A DNA stretch of 62,891 nt from an uncultured Thermoplasmatales archaeon. Its GTDB lineage: Archaea; Thermoplasmatota; E2; DHVEG-1. The number at the start of each line of letters is the position of its first letter. Positions within the stretch are counted from its first letter, which is position 1. The translations under genes were made by a program, and so were the position numbers. Location: the NCBI GenBank assembly GCA_964636235.1, contig CAZWQV010000003.1:1-62891 (forward strand), given 5' to 3'. Below the pieces are notes generated by a model, which worked only from the letters and a program-made list of their open reading frames with translations, was not told the DNA's origin and did not search any database. Positions 28,785-38,925 of this stretch are shown one piece after another.

Positions 28785-29294
28785 TCATTGAAATCTTGGG
28801 TATTGTTTCTCTAAATAATTTTTTCTGAGATGAATATAAATATCAGCATTTTTTATGGCTTGTTTTTCAAATTTTTCATCTTGTTTTACTACTTTTCCGG
28901 GCACACCGAGAACCAGACTATTCTCAGGAATAACTGTCCCAGAAGTAACCAATGCATTGGCTCCAATAATAGATCCTTTCTTAATTACAGCGCCGTTAAG
29001 AATTGTAGCATGTATTCCAATGATACAATTATCCTCAATAATAGATCCATGAACTATAGCACCATGTCCAATTGAAACATGCTTCCCAATAGTTGCATGA
29101 TGATTTTCATCTACATGAATCACACAACAGTCTTGAATATTTGATCCTTCATTGATGATGATAGAATTTTCATCACCTCTAATAACTGCGTGCGGAAATA
29201 TACTACAGTCCGCATGAATGGTAGTATTGCCGATAATTACTGCAGAAGGGTCGACGTATGTTGATTTATGAATGATAGGTGTTTTTTGTGTCAT
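28785..29294 (-). CDS. Gamma-class carbonic anhydrase family protein
   Basis: Hexapeptide repeats, IRGDEN, NIQDCCVIH, GHGAIVH. Confidence 0.92.
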   Translation of the reverse strand: MTQKTPIIHKSTYVDPSAVIIGNTTIHADCSIFPHAVIRGDENSIIINEGSNIQDCCVIHVDENHHATIGKHVSIGHGAIVHGSIIEDNCIIGIHATILNGAVIKKGSIIGANALVTSGTVIPENSLVLGVPGKVVKQDEKFEKQAIKNADIYIHLRKNYLEKQYPRFQ

Positions 29295-29442
29295 TAGATG
29301 GAAGAGATGGCATTTCTCCTATTTGTTGTTTATTCTTTTTAGGGGAGAGATTTATTTCATATTTTGTTTCTTGTTTGTTAATTTTTTTCAAAATCTTCAT
29401 AAATGAAAGACTTATTCTAATGATTAATTTGGAGGTTACATC

Positions 29443-29949
29443 ATTACTCAGCACACTAAGAAACAATCAGATGATTCCTTTGATTATTCTTTCTTAAAGG
29501 ATGATTTATCAGATGATGCCTGTGCAAATGAGTTTAATAAAGAATCCTCTCAAGATGAGCAAGTATTTCGCTGTCTTTATTGTGATAAATTTTTTACAGT
29601 AGATCATATAAATCCATATGTTTTGGATATATCTGAATTTCATTATATGAAAAATTTTATTCATCAAGATGAAGTAGATCAAGGACATCTTTGCGAACCG
29701 TATCAACATTATTGTGAAAAAAGAGAAATAGAGTTGAGGCAAAAGTATAGCAAAAGTGGAGATATACCATTTCCAGCTCACGATGTTTCATCAAAAGATG
29801 CTGAGATGAACACGACTCTTCATGGTACAGTTAATTATATTGAACAAGTTATCGATGGAAAAGAAATAAACAATAAACCAAGTGATTTTCCGGAAAATTT
29901 TGATGAATGGTATCATAAAAAATTACAAGAAAAAAGGGATATTTTTTAA
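29443..29949 (+). CDS. Hypothetical acidic protein with CxxC motif; probable non-canonical (ATT) start
   Basis: Frame open from 29428; GGAGGT SD at 29431-29436; includes FRCLYCDKFF upstream of the track's TTG start at 29623. Confidence 0.55.
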   Translation: MTQHTKKQSDDSFDYSFLKDDLSDDACANEFNKESSQDEQVFRCLYCDKFFTVDHINPYVLDISEFHYMKNFIHQDEVDQGHLCEPYQHYCEKREIELRQKYSKSGDIPFPAHDVSSKDAEMNTTLHGTVNYIEQVIDGKEINNKPSDFPENFDEWYHKKLQEKRDIF

Positions 29950-29962
29950 AAAAATTCACGTT

Positions 29963-30811
29963 CTATGGCTCATCAGTATCAAATGTGGCGTAAATCAAAT
30001 AATGATCACTTTGACTGGGTGACACTTTATTCATATATCCATAAGAAATAAAATTATTTTTCATCTGTTCATTTATAATAATGCGATCATATGTGTTTTC
30101 ACTTGCAGCTACGCTTGTATCTACATAATCTGGAAGGACCCAATACCAGGTTAAAAAATGATTTTTATTCGACTCATCATAATATGTTCCATCCGCATTT
30201 AAATCACCAATAACAATTGTATCAATATTACTTGTGAATGTAATCTCTTCAAGTGTTGATAATTCATTATAAACGTCATCAGGGTCGGTATGAATGGTGA
30301 AAAGGGAAAATGTTAGATTATTACTTTGAAATGTTGCTTGAAAAGGAGGTCTATTAATTTTTGACTGATATTCATCTGTATAATCCATATAATTAACCAA
30401 TGATATATCTTCTCTATAAAAAATGGCATACTGTTCTTTCGAAATTGTTTTACCTGCTCTTTTGCTTATGATATAAGAATAATTATGAAATAATTCTGCA
30501 AAGGATTTAATAGCAGTACCAGATGCGTCCCGAATTTCTTGAATAACGAAAATATCAAAGGATGAAAGTTTGTTATGATAGAAAGATAGAAGTGATTTAT
30601 TACTTGCTTTTGCAGATCCAAAAATTTGTAAATTCCAACAAGCAATTGAAATCTCATTAGAGAAAACAAGATCAGGTTTTGTATTCTCTGAATTATTATT
30701 ACTTGGATTGATCTTAATTGATTCGAACGAATCAATACATCCAGTTATCGACCCTGAACTAATTAATACTAAAGCTATCATTACAAATAATTTATTTTTG
30801 TATGCATCCAT
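29963..30811 (-). CDS. DNase I-like (EEP family) lipoprotein
   Basis: Lipobox ITGC; WNLQIFG, IQEIRD, EQYAIFYR, RPPF, HTDP, GDLNAD, YDRI, SDHY. Confidence 0.88.
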   Translation of the reverse strand: MDAYKNKLFVMIALVLISSGSITGCIDSFESIKINPSNNNSENTKPDLVFSNEISIACWNLQIFGSAKASNKSLLSFYHNKLSSFDIFVIQEIRDASGTAIKSFAELFHNYSYIISKRAGKTISKEQYAIFYREDISLVNYMDYTDEYQSKINRPPFQATFQSNNLTFSLFTIHTDPDDVYNELSTLEEITFTSNIDTIVIGDLNADGTYYDESNKNHFLTWYWVLPDYVDTSVAASENTYDRIIINEQMKNNFISYGYMNKVSPSQSDHYLIYATFDTDEP

Positions 30812-30916
30812 CTTTCAACAATGTGCAATAATGTTAAACGAGTTCAAAAATCCTCCTATTTTTTTAGATAAATTTATGTTATGAAAAGATTTTATTTTCT
30901 TAGTTTAGTGAAGTGA

Positions 30917-31147
30917 TTGATTATGAAAACCTATTTAGAGATATTAGTAAATAGTGAGGGAAGTAGTCCATCAATAATTCAAGATCAACTATTAAATCTT
31001 GGATTTAAAGCAACCCGAGGTAATTATGATTTTGTATTTGAATGGAAAAAAGAAATCAATGCAATTGATGAACTGGTATGGTTTGCAGATAAGGTTCATC
31101 ATGTATTAAAAGGCCATTCTGTCTACTTTAAAATAGAGACCATTTAA
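30917..31147 (+). CDS. Small conserved hypothetical protein
   Basis: 76 aa, NSEGSSPS...LGFKATRGNYDFVFEW; GTGA SD. Confidence 0.75.
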   Translation: MIMKTYLEILVNSEGSSPSIIQDQLLNLGFKATRGNYDFVFEWKKEINAIDELVWFADKVHHVLKGHSVYFKIETI

Positions 31148-31279
31148 ATCATATTTTCATATTTTTATCGGGTCAAAATTTCAAATATTTGTACAGTATT
31201 TTCTTATTTATGATAAAATTTTGTTATAAAACGATACATAGAAATATTAGGAGAATTATTTAAAAAGACGGGTATTGCT

Positions 31280-31975
31280 TTGGGGACATTGCAGAGGATG
31301 GATCATGGATCTACCAGGTACTCATTGATTCAAATATTCGTTATTTTTAGTATCATTTTTCTTCTTTTTCAATCCATCAGTGGTGCAAATTCAAGTATAA
31401 ATGAAGATGCAGATCTTTTTCATTTTATTGGTATTAATAAAGAAGTTCAAATTAAAAATCAATATAGTACGTTCAGATGTGTTATTTCGCCATTTTATAG
31501 AGTATCATTAGTACAGATTAAATTATTTTTTCCAAACGGAACAATTGTTCAATATCCTATGCAATATGTAAAAGAAGGATTTTATACATACTCTATAATC
31601 TTTGAAAACCTTGGTCATTATTCATATCAGATTATTGTGCCTAAGAATGATGATGAATCCTATGAAAGTAAAATGTATTCATTTTGGATTTCTCTTTCAT
31701 ATAATGATATTGACAGTGATGGTATTGCTGATTGGTGGGAAATAAAATATGGGATGGACCAGTATAATCCCAATGATGCTTCATATGATTTGGATGGAGA
31801 TGGATATACAAATAAAGAAGAATTTATGAGAAATACTCACCCATTACGAGATAATGTTTTTGAAAATGCATGGAATAAATTATCTGATAATAGTACATAT
31901 TTTTTTATCTCATTATTGTTTCTTTTTGTATTGTCCTGGCTTTCATTATATGGCATTAAAAAGGTGCATTCATGA
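31280..31975 (+). CDS. Exported membrane-anchored protein with DxDxDG Ca-binding repeats
   Basis: Signal peptide; DIDSDGIADWWE and DLDGDGYTNKEE; C-terminal TM helix. Confidence 0.75.
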   Translation: MGTLQRMDHGSTRYSLIQIFVIFSIIFLLFQSISGANSSINEDADLFHFIGINKEVQIKNQYSTFRCVISPFYRVSLVQIKLFFPNGTIVQYPMQYVKEGFYTYSIIFENLGHYSYQIIVPKNDDESYESKMYSFWISLSYNDIDSDGIADWWEIKYGMDQYNPNDASYDLDGDGYTNKEEFMRNTHPLRDNVFENAWNKLSDNSTYFFISLLFLFVLSWLSLYGIKKVHS

Positions 31976-32499
31976 AAAACAGATGGCAACTTGCATATCT
32001 CATTATTTTTTTGCTTGGAATTCTAGTTTTTTTATATAGTGTCTGGGAGATTATATTTCAGGATAATGTACTATTTATCAGTATTTCATTATATCTTATT
32101 CTAATTGGAATTGCAGTAATCATTTATTATTTATACACTTCTTATTTAAAAAGAACGATCGATTCAATTCAAATATTTAAGAAAACCTTAGAAGGTGGGC
32201 TTTTTCATTTTAAATGTCCTCATTGTCAAGGATATTTTGCTGTTAAAGAATCAATGTACAAAGCAAATGGGAAGACTATTATTACTTGTCCAGATTGTGG
32301 AAAATTAGGAATGATCAACCCCTCTTCTCCCATTATTTATGACATAATCCCTGAGAAAAAATCAATGGATGTAAAATTTAAATGTGCTTATTGTGGTGAA
32401 AGCTTGAAAATTTGGGCAGAAGGAACAGATCTCTATCCCATTTTGAAAGTGTTCTGTTGTCCATTTTGTGGGAAAAATAAACCTCTGAAAAAAATTTAA
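31972..32499 (+). CDS. Two-TM membrane protein with double Zn-ribbon
   Basis: CPHC...CPDC and CAYC...CPFC. Confidence 0.78.
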   Translation: MKNRWQLAYLIIFLLGILVFLYSVWEIIFQDNVLFISISLYLILIGIAVIIYYLYTSYLKRTIDSIQIFKKTLEGGLFHFKCPHCQGYFAVKESMYKANGKTIITCPDCGKLGMINPSSPIIYDIIPEKKSMDVKFKCAYCGESLKIWAEGTDLYPILKVFCCPFCGKNKPLKKI

Positions 32500-34349
32500 G
32501 AATTGATATGTCGGATATTAACGGCTTTTCCATAGGTTAATTGCTTCATCTCTTTTCCATTCATCATTGCTACTCCTACTGCTTTTAAAATATCATTTTG
32601 AATAACAAGGACCTCATCACCTGATCTAATAGAGGGATCTGCATCAATAACACCTGGAGCTAGCACAGATCCTTTTAATTGAAAATCCTTATCGATTGTT
32701 ACATAATATTTTTTAAAGGATTCGATTCGTTTTCCCCCCGCTATAGTTAGTGAGATCATTCCTCTTTTTTCTGTTAACATACCTATTTGATTTTGATTTT
32801 TATCAACAAGTTTGAGATAAGGATATTTTCCTTTTATCACTGTTTGGTCTAATAATGATTCAGCAAGAGGCTTCGTAAATTGATATGTTGCAAGAGAGAG
32901 CATATTTTCAAAAAATCTTTTTGTGCCGGATACGCATTCTATGTTATTTGTTTTAATAGACAATGTTTCCTTTAATTTTTGGAGGGCATCTGTGGTTGTT
33001 GCAGATCCTTGGAAATCTGTTGAAAATGCATCAGGAATCATTTCTTTTATTATTTCATTTAATGGATTGGGCAGGTGAATAAGTATGGTCTTATAATGGT
33101 TTTTTTGTAAATAGAGATGTAGTTGCTGTTTGATTAATCGAATTTCATCTTCAAACCATTCGCCGGTGACTGGAATATCATATGATGATGCAGGGTAACA
33201 TAATTCTAATTCTCTTGGAACAATCCCAAGTGGTGATGTGATAATAAGTTCATGGATTGCATATTGTTGGGGTAAGGATTGGATGGCTTGTTTGAATCGT
33301 TGATGTGATTTTGAAAAAGAATATGGTTTTTTTGCTGAACAAGGTAATAATAAAAGGATTGATGCACTGGATGGTTTTTGAAAGCGATTTATTACTCTCT
33401 TTTGAAATCGTTTAATTTCTGGTCTTTGCAGTGCATCCAGTGAAGTTGCATAGATGATAGAATCCTTGTAAATAGGGGTATGTTCCTCAAGGAGAGGATA
33501 AGCTTGTTTTTCGAATAATCTTAAAACAGATATCATATGTGGTGAAGATGATACTCGTTTTGTAACATGATTTCGTATTTGCTGTTGGGTTATGATTTGG
33601 CTAATTATCGAAAGTTCATCAAGCATTAAAGAGTAATTATGATAAAATAATTCCTGATATGAAAGATCTGTAGGATTGTTGTTATGTTTTAAACAGGAAG
33701 GACAGTGACAAGGTAACGTTTGCATGTTTCTAATTGGTATTAAATCATCATGAAGGAAATATTGCTTATTTCTTGCAGCAATTAAAGCCTGTGTTGTATC
33801 TACTATATCAATTCCTAAATAAAGAAGTAGAGAAAGATTTTGTGGAACTGCTGTTCCAGGAAAATAAACCAGTTGATTGGGTAAAATAAGGGAATGAAGT
33901 GTTTGAACATATTGAATGATTTCCAGAGGATTTTGATACAGTTGATAGGCATTTTGGATGATAAATAAAGAGGGATATGAATTAGGTAATAAATCATAAA
34001 GCGCATCATGATTGCCAGGTAAAATACAACAATCTTCTTTATCAATTTGAAAAGATGCTACTTTTTCCTTTTGAGCTTTAACTGGAATATCTTTTGGATA
34101 AAATTGAGGATTTCTAATACAAAATTGAAAAGAGTTCGTTCTGTTTTTTTCTTTTTCGTTGGTATGGAACTGTAGCAATAGGTTATCCTCACAGTTTGAG
34201 GTTGATGATAACGAAATATTTGAATTAGGATTTAAAGATCTCCGGTTATTTAAAATAAATATTATTGAAGGGGTCTGTGTGCTTGTATCTCCATAAGATA
34301 TTTCTTTAATTCTGGCGAGAACATCACTCTTTAAAATTTTTACATCCAT
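32496..34349 (-). CDS. arcS: Archaeosine synthase ArcS (degenerate TGT-like N-terminus, PUA C-terminus)
   Basis: LLLPCSAKKPYSFSKSH, TSPLGIVPRELE..YPASSYDIPVTG.W, PUA GSVLAPGVIDAD..IRSGDEV. Confidence 0.9.
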   Translation of the reverse strand: MDVKILKSDVLARIKEISYGDTSTQTPSIIFILNNRRSLNPNSNISLSSTSNCEDNLLLQFHTNEKEKNRTNSFQFCIRNPQFYPKDIPVKAQKEKVASFQIDKEDCCILPGNHDALYDLLPNSYPSLFIIQNAYQLYQNPLEIIQYVQTLHSLILPNQLVYFPGTAVPQNLSLLLYLGIDIVDTTQALIAARNKQYFLHDDLIPIRNMQTLPCHCPSCLKHNNNPTDLSYQELFYHNYSLMLDELSIISQIITQQQIRNHVTKRVSSSPHMISVLRLFEKQAYPLLEEHTPIYKDSIIYATSLDALQRPEIKRFQKRVINRFQKPSSASILLLLPCSAKKPYSFSKSHQRFKQAIQSLPQQYAIHELIITSPLGIVPRELELCYPASSYDIPVTGEWFEDEIRLIKQQLHLYLQKNHYKTILIHLPNPLNEIIKEMIPDAFSTDFQGSATTTDALQKLKETLSIKTNNIECVSGTKRFFENMLSLATYQFTKPLAESLLDQTVIKGKYPYLKLVDKNQNQIGMLTEKRGMISLTIAGGKRIESFKKYYVTIDKDFQLKGSVLAPGVIDADPSIRSGDEVLVIQNDILKAVGVAMMNGKEMKQLTYGKAVNIRHINS

Positions 34350-34397
34350 TTATGCAAGAGATATCTTCTTATTATTAAAAGATATTGAGAACAAAAT

Positions 34398-35948
34398 TCA
34401 ATGTCTGAAATATCGCTGTCCAGTGAACACCATGGGAATTCCATGTTCATCAGCTGCATTAATTACTTCGCTGTCTCTTATACTTCCACCAGGCTGAATA
34501 ATTGCATCAACACCGGCTTCAGATGCCACATCAACGGAATCTCTGAACGGGAAATAGGCATCACTTGCAAGAATAGATCCTTTGATATTCTCTTTCCCTT
34601 TATTGGTTGCGATCCAAGTTGCATCAACGCGAGCTGTTTGTCCTCCTCCAATTCCCACTGTTTGAGTGTCTTTTACAAACACAACGGAATTCGATTTCAC
34701 ATGTTTTACACAACGAACTGCAAATTCCATAGAAGCTAATTGCTTCTTGGTTGGTTTTTTCTTGGTAACAATCTTCCATTCGGTTTGAGGGGTCATTATC
34801 ACATCTCTTTGCTGAGAGAGCATGCCTCCAACCACGCTTCTGAAGACCATTCCTTTCCTATCTATTGGTTTATCTAACCCGTCTAAAAGTAAAAGTCGTA
34901 GATTTTTTTTCTTTTCAAAAATAGATATAGCATCATTTGTATAGGATGGTGCAATGATTACTTCTAGGAATAAGGAACTGAGATCACGAGCGACGGATTC
35001 ATCAACAGTTCTATTAAAAACAACAATACCACCAAATGGTGAGTACGTATCAGTACTATATGCATTTTTCCAAGCATCAAGCGCTGTTTTTGCACTTGCA
35101 ATACCACAGGGGGTAGCATGTTTAATAATCACACATGTTGGATCAGAGAACTCTTTTATGGCTTCGATGCCTCCATCACTATCTAAAATATTGTTATAGG
35201 AAAGTGCTTTTCCCTGAAGTTGTTTAGCATTCGTGATACAAGGTTCTTTAATGATTGGTAACTGCTGATAAAATCCACCCATAAGATGTGGATTTTCTCC
35301 ATACCTCATATCTTGTTTCTTTCGAAGAGGTATGGTATTATTGTCTGGCAGATATTCATCTGTCCATAAGTTTCGTAAATAATTAGAGATGATGCCATCA
35401 TATTGGGCTGTATGAGAAAAAGCTTCTAATGCAAATCGTTCTCTATCTGATAATGGTATGGTTCCTTTCTTTTTTAATAATGTAATGATTTCATCATATT
35501 GTTGTTGTTTTGTCACAATTAAAACATCTTTATAATTTTTTGCTGCCGCTCGGATTAAGGTAGGACCTCCGATATCAATATTTTCTATAACATCATGAAG
35601 TAGAACGTTTTCTTTTTGAATTGTGTTTTCAAAAGGATATAAATTACACACAACCATATCAATGGTTTTAATATTAAATTGATCAAGTATCATCATATGT
35701 TGTTTATTTTTTCTAAGTGCCAGAATGCCTGCATGGATATGAGGATGTAAGGTTTTAACCCGTCCGTCAAGCATTTCTGGAAAATTAGTCACAGCTGAAA
35801 TTTCAATTATAGGTATGTGTTCTTTTTTTAACAATGCAGCAGTGCCACCTGTTGATATTATTTCGATACCTAACGTATGCAGTTGCTTTGAAAAATCTTT
35901 GATGCCTGTTTTATCTGAGACGCTAATGAGAGCTCGTTTTACATTCAT
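34398..35948 (-). CDS. purH: Bifunctional AICAR formyltransferase/IMP cyclohydrolase
   Basis: ALISVSDKTG, GRVKTLHP, IDIGGP, RYGENPH, IIQPGGS, RYFRH; ATG 35948 preferred over the track's GTG. Confidence 0.97.
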   Translation of the reverse strand: MNVKRALISVSDKTGIKDFSKQLHTLGIEIISTGGTAALLKKEHIPIIEISAVTNFPEMLDGRVKTLHPHIHAGILALRKNKQHMMILDQFNIKTIDMVVCNLYPFENTIQKENVLLHDVIENIDIGGPTLIRAAAKNYKDVLIVTKQQQYDEIITLLKKKGTIPLSDRERFALEAFSHTAQYDGIISNYLRNLWTDEYLPDNNTIPLRKKQDMRYGENPHLMGGFYQQLPIIKEPCITNAKQLQGKALSYNNILDSDGGIEAIKEFSDPTCVIIKHATPCGIASAKTALDAWKNAYSTDTYSPFGGIVVFNRTVDESVARDLSSLFLEVIIAPSYTNDAISIFEKKKNLRLLLLDGLDKPIDRKGMVFRSVVGGMLSQQRDVIMTPQTEWKIVTKKKPTKKQLASMEFAVRCVKHVKSNSVVFVKDTQTVGIGGGQTARVDATWIATNKGKENIKGSILASDAYFPFRDSVDVASEAGVDAIIQPGGSIRDSEVINAADEHGIPMVFTGQRYFRH

Positions 35949-36057
35949 TACTCTTACCCAACCAGCATATTCGACAGACACATAAATCTTTGGGTAAAAA
36001 ATTAAAATACAAGAAAAGATTTAACTAAAAAGGATGCGGAAAAAAACAACTTTAAAT

Positions 36058-36894
36058 TTATTTACGTTCCGCTTCTATTGCTTGGAGAAGACTTATCTCT
36101 CCTTTTAAAACAAGTATTGCCTTTTCACCTGAAATTGAAAATTTTCCATTAGTCATTTTTCTACTTTTTTCTTGAATTCTCTTTATTTCACCCTTCGTAG
36201 GATCTAACGGCAATTTACGTTGCACTTTTCCTCCTTTCATAAGTGCAATTGAAGCAGCTGATTTTAAATCTCTTCCTATCCGTTGCGTTTGATGAGATTT
36301 TGATGTTTTACTTTCATTTACAATTTCAATAGGTATGTGCAATGGAATAAGAGAATTGATAATTCGATTCCTTTCTAAAATCGATCCATGACCTATCCGT
36401 ATCAAATATTCTGATGCAGGATAATCATTCAGCAGCCGTTTAATGGTTAAACCAACTTTCTCAGGTGAATCAACTTGAAGAGTATAAATTAAAATATCAT
36501 CGCCCACAACTGCAATACCTGGTTTTTCCCCTGGATCAATTCCAATATACACATGGGAATAAATGTCCTTTCCTATGAGAAGATGCATTGCTTTATCAAC
36601 TGCATAATCAATTGATTCATATGCATCTGCAGCAATGATTTTTTTTCTATTAATATCATGAATCTCAGCATTGGATGTTAAAATTACTTTTACATTCCTT
36701 GGTATATGATGGATGGAATTTAAAGAAACATAGGCTATATTTCTGTTTTTTAACGTGCATACAAGATCATGATATAAACGAAAATTTTTGGTATAAATAC
36801 CAAGTGTTTTTGATAAACGTTCTCCTAGATTATTTTTACTCATGCAAATTTTTACCATTCCCAGGGTTGTTTGTTTTCTAAATATTGGGTCCAA
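36058..36894 (-). CDS. Conserved hypothetical protein with RNase H-like (YqgF/RuvC-type) motif
   Basis: YIGIDPGEKPGIAVV, IRIGHG, IVNESKTS, D..SA..IA. Confidence 0.65.
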   Translation of the reverse strand: MDPIFRKQTTLGMVKICMSKNNLGERLSKTLGIYTKNFRLYHDLVCTLKNRNIAYVSLNSIHHIPRNVKVILTSNAEIHDINRKKIIAADAYESIDYAVDKAMHLLIGKDIYSHVYIGIDPGEKPGIAVVGDDILIYTLQVDSPEKVGLTIKRLLNDYPASEYLIRIGHGSILERNRIINSLIPLHIPIEIVNESKTSKSHQTQRIGRDLKSAASIALMKGGKVQRKLPLDPTKGEIKRIQEKSRKMTNGKFSISGEKAILVLKGEISLLQAIEAERK

Positions 36895-38222
36895 AATTCA
36901 CGTAATTGTTCTATTAGTAAGTCATTGGTTGATACTATTTTTCCATTTGATTGTAGCTCTGCCTCAACAAATCGCCCCATATGAAATGATTTTATATTTT
37001 CCCGTAAATAGGTCAATAAATCCCTGTACAATCGTTCAATTTCAACATACATGCGACCATTTTTCTCATATGGTTCAGTTACAACTTTTTCATGTTGATT
37101 CCATTTATTATTAAATTTATTTTTATGATCTAGTAAATGAGTCGGTGGACCCATATGTACCTTTGTTTTTGATAATAATTCATTTTTTGTTTTAATAATA
37201 ATATATACTTTATGATTTTTATCATCAACATAAAAAGTGGTATCTTCTATTTTAAAATCTTCATTTTTCGATTCATTTACTATAACTCTGCCTACTCTTC
37301 TTAACTGAGGATATAAATTTTCATTAATCAAATCTGGTTTTTCAAATATGACTCCAATGTATTGGTTGTTATTTTTATTAATTTCTTCTTTAATGCGTTG
37401 TATGCTCCATGGTTTGATTTTATTTGGAAAGAAAAAAGTCATTTTTGGATTATCTAAATATGCCCCACATGCTTTAATATAAAGATTGAGCGTATCATAG
37501 GCAACAGCGCTTGCAACATTTCTTTCAGAATCAACAGGGTCAATAAAAATAAATGGTTCAGGAAATGAAGGGATAGAAGCATTATTAAGACTTATTATAA
37601 TTTTTGGTTGCCAGTTTCTTGATGCTTTTAAAAGATTATGAAACGTCTTGAATTTAATAATTAATATTTCACACAAATATCCTGAAAATCCCTGAGTTTC
37701 TGCCTCTGCACCATAGCAACCAATGCCATGGAGAAATTGCTTAAGTAATCGTACATCATCTTTTTGATCATTGGATAAATGATTGATTACATAGGTGGTA
37801 TGAAGCGGAGTACGATCAACGGCAGAGATTTTCTGCGATGCATCTTTTATTTTATAGCCCGGAACTAGTTCAAATTTAAATGATTGAAACATGCCTCTAA
37901 TATAGGGATGTTCGGCATAGCATTCTTCTGAATCTTTCAATAGTTTCCTGCCGATTGAAAGAGTTGTAGATGCAATGGTATCTTTTGGAACATCTGGAGA
38001 AAAAAGGAGAAATACATCCAGGTCCAAAGTATTTTTTAAATAGGTATCCTTTGCGATACTGCCCACTAGGGTAATTGTTGGTTTTAAAGCATACGAAGAT
38101 AGTTCATTGGTAAGTTGTTCAGTGAAAGCATTTAATGCTTTTTTTATCGCATCTCTATCATTTGTGGAAGGAGTAATTTTTTCAAGTACTTGTTGCATCA
38201 GATCAGTATGTTTTTTATTCAT
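36852..38222 (-). CDS. cca: Archaeal CCA-adding enzyme
   Basis: VGSIAKDTYL..LDLDVF, YAEHPY, SAVDRTPLHT, GFSGYLCE, DPVDSERNVASA. Confidence 0.96.
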   Translation of the reverse strand: MNKKHTDLMQQVLEKITPSTNDRDAIKKALNAFTEQLTNELSSYALKPTITLVGSIAKDTYLKNTLDLDVFLLFSPDVPKDTIASTTLSIGRKLLKDSEECYAEHPYIRGMFQSFKFELVPGYKIKDASQKISAVDRTPLHTTYVINHLSNDQKDDVRLLKQFLHGIGCYGAEAETQGFSGYLCEILIIKFKTFHNLLKASRNWQPKIIISLNNASIPSFPEPFIFIDPVDSERNVASAVAYDTLNLYIKACGAYLDNPKMTFFFPNKIKPWSIQRIKEEINKNNNQYIGVIFEKPDLINENLYPQLRRVGRVIVNESKNEDFKIEDTTFYVDDKNHKVYIIIKTKNELLSKTKVHMGPPTHLLDHKNKFNNKWNQHEKVVTEPYEKNGRMYVEIERLYRDLLTYLRENIKSFHMGRFVEAELQSNGKIVSTNDLLIEQLREFWTQYLENKQPWEW

Positions 38223-38238
38223 CTATTTTCTCCTTTTT

Positions 38239-38793
38239 TTATAAAATAACTTTACTTATTGTTTCGTAAATTGGACCTGATGGTGTTAATGTACTTTTCT
38301 TTAATAGTATTGCATTAATTGGAACTTCTGAAAATATTTCATCTTTGTATTCATCGAGGATGGATAATAAGGGTTCCTTGTCTTTAAGAAATTTAACTCT
38401 ACCAAGCGTCATATGAGGTGAAAAAGCTCTTTTTTCTTCAGGAAACCCCAGGTGCTTCAAATGCCGATCGATGTTCCGTGAAAGAGATGCTAAAGGTGTT
38501 GCACCAGTTATACCAACCCATATAACTTTGATATATTTCCTATTAGGAAAAACACCGGTCCCCTGCAATATTATTGAAAAAGGGTCCACATCACATGTAG
38601 CATTTTTCATGATGGTCTCAATTTCTTTAACCTGTTCAAATTTTGTTTGTCCGAGAAATTTTAAGGTTATATGAATGTTTTCTAGGGATACTAATTTTAT
38701 TTTAATTGATAATTTGTTCAGAGCATTATATAATGCTTTTAATTTTTCTGAAATGGGTATTTCAACTGCAATAAAACCTCTAAATTCGTTCAT
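38239..38793 (-). CDS. thpR: RNA 2',3'-cyclic phosphodiesterase (2H family)
   Basis: Two HxT motifs: HITLKFLG and PHMTLGR. Confidence 0.94.
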   Translation of the reverse strand: MNEFRGFIAVEIPISEKLKALYNALNKLSIKIKLVSLENIHITLKFLGQTKFEQVKEIETIMKNATCDVDPFSIILQGTGVFPNRKYIKVIWVGITGATPLASLSRNIDRHLKHLGFPEEKRAFSPHMTLGRVKFLKDKEPLLSILDEYKDEIFSEVPINAILLKKSTLTPSGPIYETISKVIL

Positions 38794-38925
38794 AATATGT
38801 AGTTGAATAAAATGAGCTATACATTATATTTTTCCCTTCATCATTTTTTAAAAATCAGATAAGAGTTGTCAAATAATGCTTATAACTAGGATGAGACAAA
38901 ACATATGATTTGATGGTGGTAATAA

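Noticed and set aside
29266-29781. ORFs 29266..29466, 29279..29497 and 29509..29781
   Set aside because: No motifs or SD; they overlap the gamma-CA start or the better-supported 29443..29949 frame
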